Source of the DNA: Thermoplasmata archaeon
GTDB taxonomy: Archaea > Thermoplasmatota > Thermoplasmata > RBG-16-68-12 > JAGMCJ01
NCBI GenBank assembly: GCA_023136265.1
Contig: JAGLRN010000025.1
Location: 12,470-76,469 of the forward strand
DNA length: 64,000 nucleotides
Reading direction: 5' to 3'
A program made the position numbers and the translations under genes. Below, piece after piece: positions 35,830-46,015 of the stretch. A model generated the notes under the pieces. The model saw nothing but the letters and a program-made list of their open reading frames with translations, had not been told where the DNA came from and did no database searches. Numbering within the stretch: position 1 is the stretch's first letter; each line of letters begins with the position of its first letter.

Positions 35830-38800
35830 CTAGTCGCCATCATCTACTTCGGGTGGTGGAAGCATCTCCGAGGGCACCTTGTAGCCCTTCTTCGACACGA
35901 CTATGTCGACGGAAATCCCGACGATGAGAATTACTAGGTTGACCACTAATCCCACCGTAATCCAGTTGCCTCCTTCAGGCACTCTCAGGATACCCGTCAG
36001 ACTGGAAAGGATTGCGATGGCGATCTCAAGCAGTGATAGAGGAAGGGCAAGGATGGCGATCGTGAACATCCTGTCTCGAGAGAATTTCCTCAGAAGTGCA
36101 TCCTGGTCGAGAGGACTCAGTTTCTCTCCTATGGGTTGACTCCTCATCTGCCTTCTGTACACGTCAATCTCCTCATCCGGCATGTCTTCCGGTATCGGAA
36201 CGAATCTGTCGAGAGGTCTCACGTATCCGACGAGGATTCCGAGAAGAACAAGAATGATGGCAAGGATCAGGGCAAGGAGGGGTTTCCAGTTGTACTCTTC
36301 CTCCTCTTCAACGACCTCGATTATGTAGGAGAGCACGTTGTTGGTCTCGTTTGCCTCGGATATGGAGTCCATGTAGTCCACGTGGAAGACGACAACGTAA
36401 GTTCCAGCCTTCTCGGGAGCCCTCCAAGTGGCTTCGATCTCAGCTGTCATCCTGCCTACAATCAGCGTTCCCTCCACTTCCCTGGCAAACGGGAGACTGG
36501 ACATCGTATCGTTGTAGAACGCGTTGTCGAACGGGCCTCCGGTAGTGTAGTTCCCTATGTTGACTATGGAGGCTGAGAGAGTGAGGGTTTCACCTGCCTT
36601 GGCTGGATGGGGCCCGTCATAGGGAAGCCCGTTGATCTTAGGACCCACTGCCACGAGGTCAGGTGGGAGTGGGGTCACAATGAGGACGACCTCGAGCACA
36701 TTGTTTGCTTCGTCTACCTCGAGAACGTCATCGTAGAAATCGACCTCGAAGACAATGGTGACGTTCAGATAGTCCATGGGGGCGTGCCAGGTGGCGTTGT
36801 GCCATTGTGATAATCCTGGCGAGAGCTTTGGAGCGCCCGAGAGGAGGAGTGGATTATTCCTCTCAGTGGAGTTGTAGATGCCGACGTAGAAGCTAGAAGG
36901 CGTCACGTTGGTCCCAGCGTTGACCAAGACTCCGGTCAGGAGAATGGTCTCGCCCCCCGTGACCAAGACTGGATTGGTGTAGTGTACAGTGTTCACAAGG
37001 AAATCAAGAGCCACGAGGTCAGGACCCACCAAGCGGAACAGGATGTTGAACTCGTTGTTGTCCTCATCAGCTTCTGATACATTGTCCAGATGATCAACGG
37101 AAATGACAACAAGGTAGTCTCCCAAGGACTGCGGAGTCTGCCAAGCGACGTCAATCAGGGAAATGGACGCCGATGCATCCAATGGCCCCAAAGGGCCGCT
37201 CAAATCAAACAGCTGGCCATCTTCGATGTATCCTACGGTAAACATATCGATGGAGAGAGCTCCCTGATTGTGAATGGTCACATCGATGAGAACCTCGTCG
37301 GAGATGTCTACAATAACGGGACCAACCGGGGAATCCGAGTATTCGTACTGGTTGCTGTTCCCGCTCACGTCTATTGTGACATACAGAGGTATCAAGTCAG
37401 GACCCTTGACTACGATGGTCAGTGTGAAAACGTTGTTTGTCTCATTCAGCTCGACGATGTCGTTGGCGGAGTCAGCCACTATCGTGATTAGGTGGAGTCC
37501 TAGGACACCGGGATTCGTCCAGCTGGAGTTAGTCAGGATGCGCTCGCCGGGACCCAAGGACGGACAGAGGTTCGAGTAGAAACCAACGGAGTCAGCGAAG
37601 TACTCCGTTAGGAATGTCCCATTCGTTCCGATGCCCCCATGATTCTCTATCGCTACTTCGATATGGACTATGGATGAGATGTTCACCTCTACGGTTGGCG
37701 TCTCTGGATAAATGTACTGCGTTGTCAGCCCGTCCACCGTCAGATTCACCTGCCACGGGATGATGTCGGGACCTTTGACGATGATTGTCAAGGTGAAGAT
37801 GTTGTTTGACTCGTTCACCTCCACGATCTCGTCCGCAGAGTCTGCGACTATCGTAATAGTGTGCAGGCTCGGGACTCCGGGATTAGTCCAGCTGGAGTTT
37901 ATCGGGCTCGTTGCACCGGGACCCAAGGCATCGCTCAGGTTCGAGTGAAAGGCAATTGAGTTGTCCAAGAACTCCGTGAAGAACGTCCCATTCGTTCCGA
38001 AGTTGCCCCGGTTCGCGATCTCGGCTTCCAGGCTAACGACTGAGGTTATGTCCACTTCTATAGTCGGCGTCTGAGGATACGCGTACTGGGTTGTCACGCC
38101 ATCAACGGTCAGATTGACCTGGCTCGGGATGAGATCGGGACCGCCGATGACAAGGTGTATCGTGAACGTATTGTTGATTTCGCTTTCCTCCTGGATCTGG
38201 CTTCTATTGTCGACGGTGATGTTGATGTACCGGTCCCCCATGTCAGAAGGGACACTGTACCCGAGAACCCCAAAGGGTCCGTCCGTAGAACCTGGAAGCA
38301 GTGGTGGAACGTTGCTCCATTCGGCAATGTGGTCCTGGATTGGATTCAAGGGACCGTCACCGACATAGTAAAACGAAAGCTGAGTGTCGATGCCCACTGG
38401 GGACTGGAAGACGCCGACATTGCGGACGCTGGCAGTCATGTTCATCAGATCCCCGGGAAAGACGTAGATCGGATCCGAGATGTAGCTCGCGGCCGATGCG
38501 TCAGGATAGGTGAGGCTTGATCCGTCCTGGAGCTCGACTACGATGTCAACTGGCGTCAGGTCGGGAACGTCCACGCCGAAGCAAACGACGAACGTATTGT
38601 TCGTCTCCGAAACCTCACTGATGTTTCCAGTCCCGTCAATCCCGTAATCGACCGTGAGATTCAGGCAGTGATAGCCCGTTTGGTTGGGGATTCGTAGGTT
38701 GGACACAAAGGGACCTGTCGAACTGCCCGCCATGAGCGGACCCACCTGTCCGCTATTGAAGAGTATCGAAACTGGCGGTCCGCCAGATATGCTCCCCGTG

Positions 38801-39855
38801 CTTACGATCACGACGTTGAACTGCGCACCGGTCTCGTATCCACCGACGTTTGTCGCGTTCAGGCTGATGGTTATGTCGTCGCCGGGGTTCACGGGAATCA
38901 CATCAGAATAGAAGGGCGGGATGGTTATTGACGGGTCGGCGTAAGAGTAGTTCCCCGACGGCGTTTCGATCAGGATATCGCTTGGCGAGAGGTCGGGTCC
39001 CTCCACGTAGAAGAGAATCGTCGCGGAGTTGTTGCCCTCGTCGTATTCGGTCACGTTATCGTAGAAATCCACAGTGTAGTTGAGGAGGCATTCCCCGACG
39101 AAGGGCAGGGCTGGCGCGGTCCAGATCATGCTGAACCTCGTTCCGAGCGGCGCGGAGGATCCTGCATCTATCTCTTGTATCTCCCCGATATGCTCGAAGG
39201 CCCCGCAGGAGTCATCAAGCGTGGCTGTGTTCAAGATTCTTATGAGGGGTGTACCCGCGTTCGTCACGTTGGCCTCGACCAGGTGAGAAGTGCCCGCGAG
39301 AACGACTATCGGGCCTATCGGCACGGCCGGGTCATAGGGACCGGGATACTCGATTCCGTCGACGGCGATGGCGAAAGGCTGGAGGTCGGGTATCGGAACG
39401 ACGACGTCCCACTGTTGAGTGTTGTCCGGATCGTTCCACATTATGATGTTGTCGAGCTCGCCGTAAGGAGGGAACTCACCGGGATCGCCTGTCCCGTGGC
39501 TCGTGGCGTTCGTATCGAGCCCGCCAAAGGCAGTTGCATCCAATTGGACGCGGTATGTGTCACCGTTGCTCCAGTTGACGTCCCGCTCAGCCGCCTCAAG
39601 CGTGTACGCGTACCAGCCACCGCTGGTGAGGACCCAACCGGCTTTCGGAAATCGATTCCAAGAACCGCTGTGGAGCACCCAGATGGCGAAGGGCGTGCTA
39701 TCTTCCCACGGGAGGCCCTGGAGAGGTGTGTCGTCCCAGAGGAAGATCCTCCCCTCCAGATTCATCTCCTCAGGTTGGCCTGTTGTTGATTGTGCCAGCG
39801 TCACGATCGTAAGGAGCACGAGGAAGGACACCGCAATCGACCGCAGCTTCATCAT
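35830..39855 (-). CDS. Large membrane-anchored surface protein with about 9 CARDB (Ig-like) repeats
   Basis: Signal peptide, repeated 'PDL...N.G...VD....h.E.NE.NN' units, and three C-terminal TM helices. Confidence 0.88.
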   Translation of the reverse strand: MMKLRSIAVSFLVLLTIVTLAQSTTGQPEEMNLEGRIFLWDDTPLQGLPWEDSTPFAIWVLHSGSWNRFPKAGWVLTSGGWYAYTLEAAERDVNWSNGDTYRVQLDATAFGGLDTNATSHGTGDPGEFPPYGELDNIIMWNDPDNTQQWDVVVPIPDLQPFAIAVDGIEYPGPYDPAVPIGPIVVLAGTSHLVEANVTNAGTPLIRILNTATLDDSCGAFEHIGEIQEIDAGSSAPLGTRFSMIWTAPALPFVGECLLNYTVDFYDNVTEYDEGNNSATILFYVEGPDLSPSDILIETPSGNYSYADPSITIPPFYSDVIPVNPGDDITISLNATNVGGYETGAQFNVVIVSTGSISGGPPVSILFNSGQVGPLMAGSSTGPFVSNLRIPNQTGYHCLNLTVDYGIDGTGNISEVSETNNTFVVCFGVDVPDLTPVDIVVELQDGSSLTYPDASAASYISDPIYVFPGDLMNMTASVRNVGVFQSPVGIDTQLSFYYVGDGPLNPIQDHIAEWSNVPPLLPGSTDGPFGVLGYSVPSDMGDRYINITVDNRSQIQEESEINNTFTIHLVIGGPDLIPSQVNLTVDGVTTQYAYPQTPTIEVDITSVVSLEAEIANRGNFGTNGTFFTEFLDNSIAFHSNLSDALGPGATSPINSSWTNPGVPSLHTITIVADSADEIVEVNESNNIFTLTIIVKGPDIIPWQVNLTVDGLTTQYIYPETPTVEVNISSIVHIEVAIENHGGIGTNGTFLTEYFADSVGFYSNLCPSLGPGERILTNSSWTNPGVLGLHLITIVADSANDIVELNETNNVFTLTIVVKGPDLIPLYVTIDVSGNSNQYEYSDSPVGPVIVDISDEVLIDVTIHNQGALSIDMFTVGYIEDGQLFDLSGPLGPLDASASISLIDVAWQTPQSLGDYLVVISVDHLDNVSEADEDNNEFNILFRLVGPDLVALDFLVNTVHYTNPVLVTGGETILLTGVLVNAGTNVTPSSFYVGIYNSTERNNPLLLSGAPKLSPGLSQWHNATWHAPMDYLNVTIVFEVDFYDDVLEVDEANNVLEVVLIVTPLPPDLVAVGPKINGLPYDGPHPAKAGETLTLSASIVNIGNYTTGGPFDNAFYNDTMSSLPFAREVEGTLIVGRMTAEIEATWRAPEKAGTYVVVFHVDYMDSISEANETNNVLSYIIEVVEEEEEYNWKPLLALILAIILVLLGILVGYVRPLDRFVPIPEDMPDEEIDVYRRQMRSQPIGEKLSPLDQDALLRKFSRDRMFTIAILALPLSLLEIAIAILSSLTGILRVPEGGNWITVGLVVNLVILIVGISVDIVVSKKGYKVPSEMLPPPEVDDGD
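37404..38142 (-). repeat. Tandem duplication of a CARDB unit (period about 369 nt)
   Basis: GPDLIPSQVNLTVDGVTTQYAYPQTPT... versus GPDIIPWQVNLTVDGLTTQYIYPETPT..., with clearly similar DNA. Confidence 0.8.
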
Positions 39856-39924
39856 TGCCCTCCAAGAAGCGTTGTCGGCGCTTGGCTTCTCTCCAGCACA
39901 ACGGAAGCTCATATCGATACAACC

Positions 39925-42900
39925 TCAGACTCCGGCAAACCCAAAGACCACATCTGATGAAACGTTGATCTTCAGGGTGACGAACATCGCGAATTCCCTG
40001 TCGTAGACTCCTGCCTCCATGGCCGGAATATGGGGAACCCACCTCGACTCGGACTGCTTGAACCAAAGGACTACAAGCGCGTCCGTGATGTAGTCAGCGT
40101 AGTAAGAAACGTTATGATAGGCGTACTGCCCGTTCGAGAATGGTTTCAAGGGAAGCGAGATGGCTTGATAACCCTGCGTGAAGCGCCCAATCCATATGCC
40201 TGAGCTGTAGCTACCAGAACCCGTACCAAGCGAGGCGTTCAGCGGGAAAATCATGTAGTAGAACTCGTCATATGGCTCGAAGATGGCGTTCACGTGATCC
40301 ACGCTGACCACGGGGCCCGCCGGAGGCACGTAGGAACTGTACAGCGACCAGTAATCCAACCCTGGCTCTCCATAGAACCCTACTCTGCTGTTCGAATAGT
40401 AAATGTCATACGCGTCAGAGCCAATGGGCTGTTGCCAGACGATCCTGATGTTATTGCCCACGATGCCGAGCTCCAGGTTCTTGGCGTTTCCCGTGTGGTC
40501 AAAGCCGCCGAAGAGGAGCTCATCGTACCTGATCATGGTCCCAGGCAGACCCACGAATGTGAAGCGCACGTCGGACCCGAGTTCCACCACACAGCCTTCC
40601 CCCACCTCAATTGCCCGGGTAGGATCGCCACTGCCAGGAACCCTCAGCCAACGCTCCGCCTCCATGTATTCGAGGTAGCCCGCGCCGAGCGCGGTCCTAT
40701 ATTCGTCCGTCGTGTCTATTCGAGCGGCCCCGTCGTACTCGACCCATGGGAAGTATTCCAGGGGAATCGAGAACGTGTTGAATCCTGCGGAGAAAGTGTT
40801 GGTCCATGCACCAGCTGTGTTACTGGTCTCACTGACATCGCTCTCGTTCGCGTTCGCCGCTCTTATCAGGTAATAGTACTCACCGTCATGGCTGGCTGCT
40901 CCTCCCGCCTCTGGATCCACCCAATCGGTCGTCCCCGCTGGAACCTCGTCATACGCCGCGGCGGGAGACAGGTCGGGGAACCCGTTCTGTGTCTGTGACC
41001 TGAAGATGAGGTAATGGTCCAGTTCTGGCCAGGGAACCTCGACCCATCTGAGACCTACGTCGGCTCCACCGTCCCAGTATGTCTCCACGTGCTTGGGCGG
41101 GGCGGTGTAGTATGTCACCGTAATCAAGACGAGAGGGAAGGGGACCGTGGTCTGGTTGCCATCCCATTTCACATATGCAACGCGGGCATCAGGATAAACT
41201 CCCACGGGATTAGTGCCAATGAGGTCGGAGGTGACATCGTACTCAACCTCCCAAGTCTCATTAATCAACAGTCTACTGATATTCCACTGCATGAATGTGT
41301 ACAAGCCTCTGCTGCCAATGAAGTGTGGCAGCTTGGGCAGGCCTGAGACAGGATCTCGGAAAGAGCCAGTCACGATGTGTATGTAGGACGGAAGGACGTC
41401 CTCGATCATCGGGAAGTCATCGGAGACATCCAAGTCCCGACCCGCCACCTGGTCGACTATCGTTCCGATCTGCTGGTAGATGCCTACCAGATCCTCGGGC
41501 GTCTCAGCATAGAAGTACTCACCCCCGGTTATGGCGGCGATGTTCTGGAGCATGCCATGGTCGGCGTCTAAACCTAAGCCAATCGTATAGATGACCACGT
41601 TGTTGGCCGCAGCGTTCTGAGCCTCAGTGACGGGATCGAGGCCTGAACCGCTCCGCCCGTCTGTTAGAAGAATACATACCCAGATATGGTTTGGGTCAGC
41701 GTCCGACACGAGGTCATTCCAGCATGCATTTATTCCAGTTCCAACTGCGGTTCCTCCGCCAGCAACAAGAACACTGTCTATGTCCGCCTTGATCTGCGGG
41801 TAATTCGTGCTGAGCGGGTTCCTTCGCGTCACAACCGTATCGAAGAATATCACCGCGCCTTGATCGGGAAACTTCATGTCGTCGACGTAGCTCTTTGCGC
41901 CTAGCTTGGCATAATCGAATTTCGTGGGTGGCTCGGGTGGATTGGTTTGCTGGTTCATGCTGCCAGACTTATCTATGAGGAAAATGACATCCTGGGGAAC
42001 GGATTTGACTACCCCAGAGCCCTGGCCTGTGACAGTTAGCCGGACAGTCGCGACGGTCGGATAGCCAGGACCCGCGCTTTCGTGGAAGATTGTGGACGGT
42101 GCCACGCTTTTCACTGGCTCGATGTGGGGGTATACCCTCACGAGAAGGCTTGCGCTGTCCGACGCCAGTGTGGTTGACGAGGCTGTGCCAGTGACAATGA
42201 CCGACTGATAGCTCCCGACTGGGGGACTTGAGGGGATGTTCACACCGATTTTGAACTGCAACGTTTGTTCCGGGCTGAGAAGTCCAGAGTCCGGGATGCC
42301 GTCACCGTCTCCAGGGGAATCCAATAGAGGGAAGATGCCATTGTCCTGAAGTATTTCAATCGTCCAATTGTTCGGTGTACTCGTCAACGTTATGTCGATG
42401 TAGTCCGAGACAAGTTGCTTATTAGTCACCGTCAGATTCAGGAGCAGTCGTTCTCCGACCTCCCCATGAGTCTCATAGTCGGGACCCAGCACCACAAGCG
42501 GGAGCGTCGGAGCCATATCGAATTTCCAACCTGCATTTGCGGAGCTGAGGTCATCGTAGCCATTCGACGTCCCATTCCCGTTGGGGACCCGGGTCATGGA
42601 GAAACCCTGTGTATGAGGAGAGCTCCATCCTGCCATGTCGAGCAGCTGTCCAGTTGAATCGTAAAGGTAGACGTTATCCGCCATAGAACTCAAGGAGTCG
42701 AAGAATCCCGAGTTCATTGGATACCTCAGCACGTAATAGGGATTGGCCTCAGTAAGGACGATTCCACCCACAAGATAATCCTGATTGCAGACAATCGAAT
42801 AACCCATGAGGTCGACAGACCCGGCGCCTCTGTAGTACGTCTCTACGAATGCTTCATCAGGAGCATTTGGATAGAACAGAACCTCATTGAGCACAACTTC

Positions 42901-44634
42901 TGGGTTCCCAACGACGCCTGGAACGCTGTTGTCTGCTCCGAATGTCGGAACCTCTTCCCGGACCCATTCATCCGTGTAGCCGTCGCCCACCCTGCGCCTC
43001 GAAACGGACTCCCCCCAAAGAGGGTCAGGTGCTGTTCCCATCTGACCATATCCGACTTCGTCTATGAAGGTCATGCTCACGGGGTCAAACAGGAAAAGTC
43101 TGGAGCCTTGGTCGTCCAGGTCGAGTGGAATGACCAGGTCCGCAGAAGGGTCGTCGCCAAGCGTCCTGTACTCAAGCGAAGGTATAGTCCCTAGTGCCGT
43201 CAAGGAATAGAGCTGGGTATCATCGACTTGAAGTACATATCCGTTCAGGTCAACTGGTTTGAAGCCGAAGTTGTATATCTCCACGAGTTCCGCGTTGTTG
43301 GGTGCATCCCTCAGCTCGGTCATCAGGATCTGCCCCATATCGTAGGATGAGAAGTAAACCTCGTTGAAGATACCGCTTCTGAAATCGTCCCAGGAGATGA
43401 ACACGCCAAATGTCCCAGTGGCAATCGACGGATAGAATTGGGATGAGGAGTCGTCCGAGGGATCCACATTTTCGTCTGTGTCATCAACACGGATATCATT
43501 GTTGTTGAGGATCCCGTCTCCCCACGTGATACCCCCATCCTCCGAATAAGAAGAGAAGATGTCCTGATCTCCGGCCCTGTTGTCGCTCCACGCGACGTAC
43601 AGACCTCTGGGCCCCGAAACGATCGCCGGGGCTGTGTACGATGATGAAGACAGGTAGTCATCCACTCTGACTGGAGTGGACCAAGTCAGGCCGTCGTCGT
43701 TGGAGTTCGAATAGCTAATCTCTCTCTCGCCCATCGGGCTCTGATAGTCCCACACAGCGTGAAGAATCCCATTCATGTCGGTCGTCACGTGAGGGTATCT
43801 GGAAACGGAGTTGAGCGGTCCCGCGAAAACAATCCGAGGGGCCCACGTGGAACCGTAATCATAGGAACCCGCTATCCAGAGTGTGACAAGCCCGCTCAGA
43901 TCCTGCTTCCAGGACACGAAGACCACGTCACCGACAGTAGTCAGGGAGGGGAATGAGTTCATCGCATCTTGGTCAGAGACCTGGACTTCAGAGTCGAAAC
44001 TCAAACCGCCATCCACGGACTTCGATATGAAGATGTGGTTGTAGGAGGCATCGCGGTCATCAAACCAGGCAACATACACGTTGCCCGACGAATCGACGAC
44101 CACATCAGGCTCGAGACAACGCACGTCCTGGACTGCCGTGTCAATCCTTGTTGGCGCCGCCCAGGTCGATCCCGAATTGACGGAAAAAGTGGCGAAAATG
44201 TGAACACCACCGGCCGTAGACGACTCCTGCCAGACGACGTACACTCTGTCGTTAAAGGCGCCTCCGGTCCTGTCAATTGTCATTGAGGGTAAGCGGGCGT
44301 TTGCACCAAACACGCCCGAATCGATTCTCCTGGATGATGACCAGGACAATCCCTGGTCAGTCGACTTGGAGTAGTGGATGCCGTAGTAGTTAGTCCTGTC
44401 GTCAGACCAGACGACATGGAGGTCTTCGTTTCCATCAACCCCAATGTCAGAGCTCCGAGAGTTAGCGGAGCCGTCATCCACTTTCTGATTCGGGCGACTG
44501 AAGGAGATGCCTAATGTTGTCTCGGGATTATCATCGCTCGCGACAACAACGAGACTCGTTACGAGCAGAGTAATGGTAAGGACTCCAAATAACCTGGAAT
44601 AATCACGCCAAATGCTGGATGCCGCGTCCTTCAT
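39925..44634 (-). CDS. Secreted multidomain protein: BNR/sialidase-like propeller, two lamin-tail domains, vWA domain, FN3-like and C-terminal domains
   Basis: ATG follows GGAGGAGG, then a signal/TM segment. Repeated S.D.G.(T/S)W Asp-boxes, LTD-like ILMTEL and VVLNEV..FVE.Y, vWA MIDAS DKSGS, LLTDG, IYTIGLG. Confidence 0.87.
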   Translation of the reverse strand: MKDAASSIWRDYSRLFGVLTITLLVTSLVVVASDDNPETTLGISFSRPNQKVDDGSANSRSSDIGVDGNEDLHVVWSDDRTNYYGIHYSKSTDQGLSWSSSRRIDSGVFGANARLPSMTIDRTGGAFNDRVYVVWQESSTAGGVHIFATFSVNSGSTWAAPTRIDTAVQDVRCLEPDVVVDSSGNVYVAWFDDRDASYNHIFISKSVDGGLSFDSEVQVSDQDAMNSFPSLTTVGDVVFVSWKQDLSGLVTLWIAGSYDYGSTWAPRIVFAGPLNSVSRYPHVTTDMNGILHAVWDYQSPMGEREISYSNSNDDGLTWSTPVRVDDYLSSSSYTAPAIVSGPRGLYVAWSDNRAGDQDIFSSYSEDGGITWGDGILNNNDIRVDDTDENVDPSDDSSSQFYPSIATGTFGVFISWDDFRSGIFNEVYFSSYDMGQILMTELRDAPNNAELVEIYNFGFKPVDLNGYVLQVDDTQLYSLTALGTIPSLEYRTLGDDPSADLVIPLDLDDQGSRLFLFDPVSMTFIDEVGYGQMGTAPDPLWGESVSRRRVGDGYTDEWVREEVPTFGADNSVPGVVGNPEVVLNEVLFYPNAPDEAFVETYYRGAGSVDLMGYSIVCNQDYLVGGIVLTEANPYYVLRYPMNSGFFDSLSSMADNVYLYDSTGQLLDMAGWSSPHTQGFSMTRVPNGNGTSNGYDDLSSANAGWKFDMAPTLPLVVLGPDYETHGEVGERLLLNLTVTNKQLVSDYIDITLTSTPNNWTIEILQDNGIFPLLDSPGDGDGIPDSGLLSPEQTLQFKIGVNIPSSPPVGSYQSVIVTGTASSTTLASDSASLLVRVYPHIEPVKSVAPSTIFHESAGPGYPTVATVRLTVTGQGSGVVKSVPQDVIFLIDKSGSMNQQTNPPEPPTKFDYAKLGAKSYVDDMKFPDQGAVIFFDTVVTRRNPLSTNYPQIKADIDSVLVAGGGTAVGTGINACWNDLVSDADPNHIWVCILLTDGRSGSGLDPVTEAQNAAANNVVIYTIGLGLDADHGMLQNIAAITGGEYFYAETPEDLVGIYQQIGTIVDQVAGRDLDVSDDFPMIEDVLPSYIHIVTGSFRDPVSGLPKLPHFIGSRGLYTFMQWNISRLLINETWEVEYDVTSDLIGTNPVGVYPDARVAYVKWDGNQTTVPFPLVLITVTYYTAPPKHVETYWDGGADVGLRWVEVPWPELDHYLIFRSQTQNGFPDLSPAAAYDEVPAGTTDWVDPEAGGAASHDGEYYYLIRAANANESDVSETSNTAGAWTNTFSAGFNTFSIPLEYFPWVEYDGAARIDTTDEYRTALGAGYLEYMEAERWLRVPGSGDPTRAIEVGEGCVVELGSDVRFTFVGLPGTMIRYDELLFGGFDHTGNAKNLELGIVGNNIRIVWQQPIGSDAYDIYYSNSRVGFYGEPGLDYWSLYSSYVPPAGPVVSVDHVNAIFEPYDEFYYMIFPLNASLGTGSGSYSSGIWIGRFTQGYQAISLPLKPFSNGQYAYHNVSYYADYITDALVVLWFKQSESRWVPHIPAMEAGVYDREFAMFVTLKINVSSDVVFGFAGV

Positions 44635-44813
44635 AGGTCCTCCTCCAAGGAAGATCCGCAGAACAAACGGTAGGTTCGCGCCTCCGTCTCTGCCCACTAT
44701 GCCAATTAATGGCATGGCGTGTATATATATTTTCCCTGCCAGCCCCCAGGTCACATCCGCCCTCGAAGTTGATAAATATCTTCTTGCCCATCGTTCCCCG
44801 AGGAGCTGGAAAC

Positions 44814-45248
44814 GTGACCAAGGAAATCCCGGCCTCGTCCGAAGATATCCAAGACATACTTCAGAAGTCGCAAACCATTGCCGTGGTGGGGATGTCTAAC
44901 AAGCCGGAGAGAGCCAGCTATCAAGTGGCAATGTATCTGAAGAATGCCGGATATGACATCGTCCCCGTCAATCCTGCTTACCCTGAGATCGAGGGAATGA
45001 AGAGCTATCCCGACGTCGAATCCGTACCAGGGAACGTGGATGTCGTCGACATCTTTCGAAGACCGGAGTTCGTTGAGCCTATCGTCGAATCAGCAATAAG
45101 GAAGGGTGCACGAGTCGTGTGGATGCAGGAGGGCGTTGTCAACCCGAAGGCTGCAGAGAGGGCGAAGGAGGCCGGACTCCGGGTCGTCATGGACAGGTGC
45201 ATGATGAAGGAGCATCACAGGTTGATGGCCCATGGGACAGGGCAATAG
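44814..45248 (+). CDS. CoA-binding protein (YccU-like)
   Basis: IAVVGMS.KPERAS, PVNP, VDVVDIFR, VWMQEG, VMDRC. Confidence 0.92.
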   Translation: MTKEIPASSEDIQDILQKSQTIAVVGMSNKPERASYQVAMYLKNAGYDIVPVNPAYPEIEGMKSYPDVESVPGNVDVVDIFRRPEFVEPIVESAIRKGARVVWMQEGVVNPKAAERAKEAGLRVVMDRCMMKEHHRLMAHGTGQ

Positions 45249-45271
45249 TGCCTTCACACGCAAGAAGGAAG

Positions 45272-45373
45272 TGGGCCCGCCGAGAATTTCAGGCCCTCGC
45301 GAGAGCAAGAGCCTTTTGAACTCGAGTTACCAGCACCCCAAGCTGGAAGGATACCAAACTACCCCACGGGCCC
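45272..45373 (-). tRNA. tRNA-Pro(GGG) with a 29-nt intron at position 59/60 (45286-45314)
   Basis: Reverse strand reads GGGCCCG TG GGGT AGTTTGGT ATCC TT CCAGC TT GGG GT GCTGG TAAC TCGAG TTCAAA [intron] T CTCGG CGGGCCC A. It lies downstream of rpoN. Confidence 0.93.
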
Positions 45374-45412
45374 TGACCGTGCATGGGACTGTAGAACAAA
45401 AAGGCTTCGCAT

Positions 45413-45604
45413 CTAACCGAATGGCAGGACATCATCAATCGTGTCAGCATTCGAAAGCAGCATCCGGCGGCAACAATAGCGGGTCAGTCCAAGAGAATCG
45501 AGAACCTCCTGCGGATCCTCGCCCATCCCGATTTTCTTCTGGTACTCTTCCCACTCAGAGGCAACGACCCTTCCGCAGCTGAAACATCTCACAGGTATTA
45601 TCAC
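45413..45604 (-). CDS. rpoN: DNA-directed RNA polymerase subunit N (Rpo10)
   Basis: GTG start. IIPVRCFSCG, LD.LG..RYCCRRM. Confidence 0.97.
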   Translation of the reverse strand: MIIPVRCFSCGRVVASEWEEYQKKIGMGEDPQEVLDSLGLTRYCCRRMLLSNADTIDDVLPFG

Positions 45605-45608
45605 AGAA

Positions 45609-46007
45609 TCACCTATAGGACTTCTGCCTTTTCTTCCTTGCGCCTCTGCCCATCGGCTTCTTGGGCATTTTCCTTCTTGGATCGCTTGCGAGCAGGGTCC
45701 TGTCCCGTTCCTTGTAGAGCGATTCCAGCTCCTTGCTCTCGAGATATGCCACGATGCCCCTAGCAATAGCGGTCCGTGTCGCATCCGCCTGACCCATGAT
45801 GCCCCCGCCCTGCACGTTGACCTCGATGTCCAGTTTCTTGATCTTATCTCCGGCCATGACGATGGGTTCAAGGATCTTCTGGCGGGCCAGTTCCGGACTC
45901 AAGATCTGGACTGGCCTCTTGTTCACCCTGACCAGGCCCTTCCCTGGCTTGATTGTGGCTCGCGCAATCGCCTTCTTCCTCTTTCCGCTTGTCTGGATGA
46001 CTTTCAT
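45609..46007 (-). CDS. rps9: 30S ribosomal protein S9 (uS9)
   Basis: SGKRKKAIARA, GGGIMGQA, GARKKRQKSYR. Confidence 0.97.
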   Translation of the reverse strand: MKVIQTSGKRKKAIARATIKPGKGLVRVNKRPVQILSPELARQKILEPIVMAGDKIKKLDIEVNVQGGGIMGQADATRTAIARGIVAYLESKELESLYKERDRTLLASDPRRKMPKKPMGRGARKKRQKSYR

Positions 46008-46015
46008 TGGACCAC

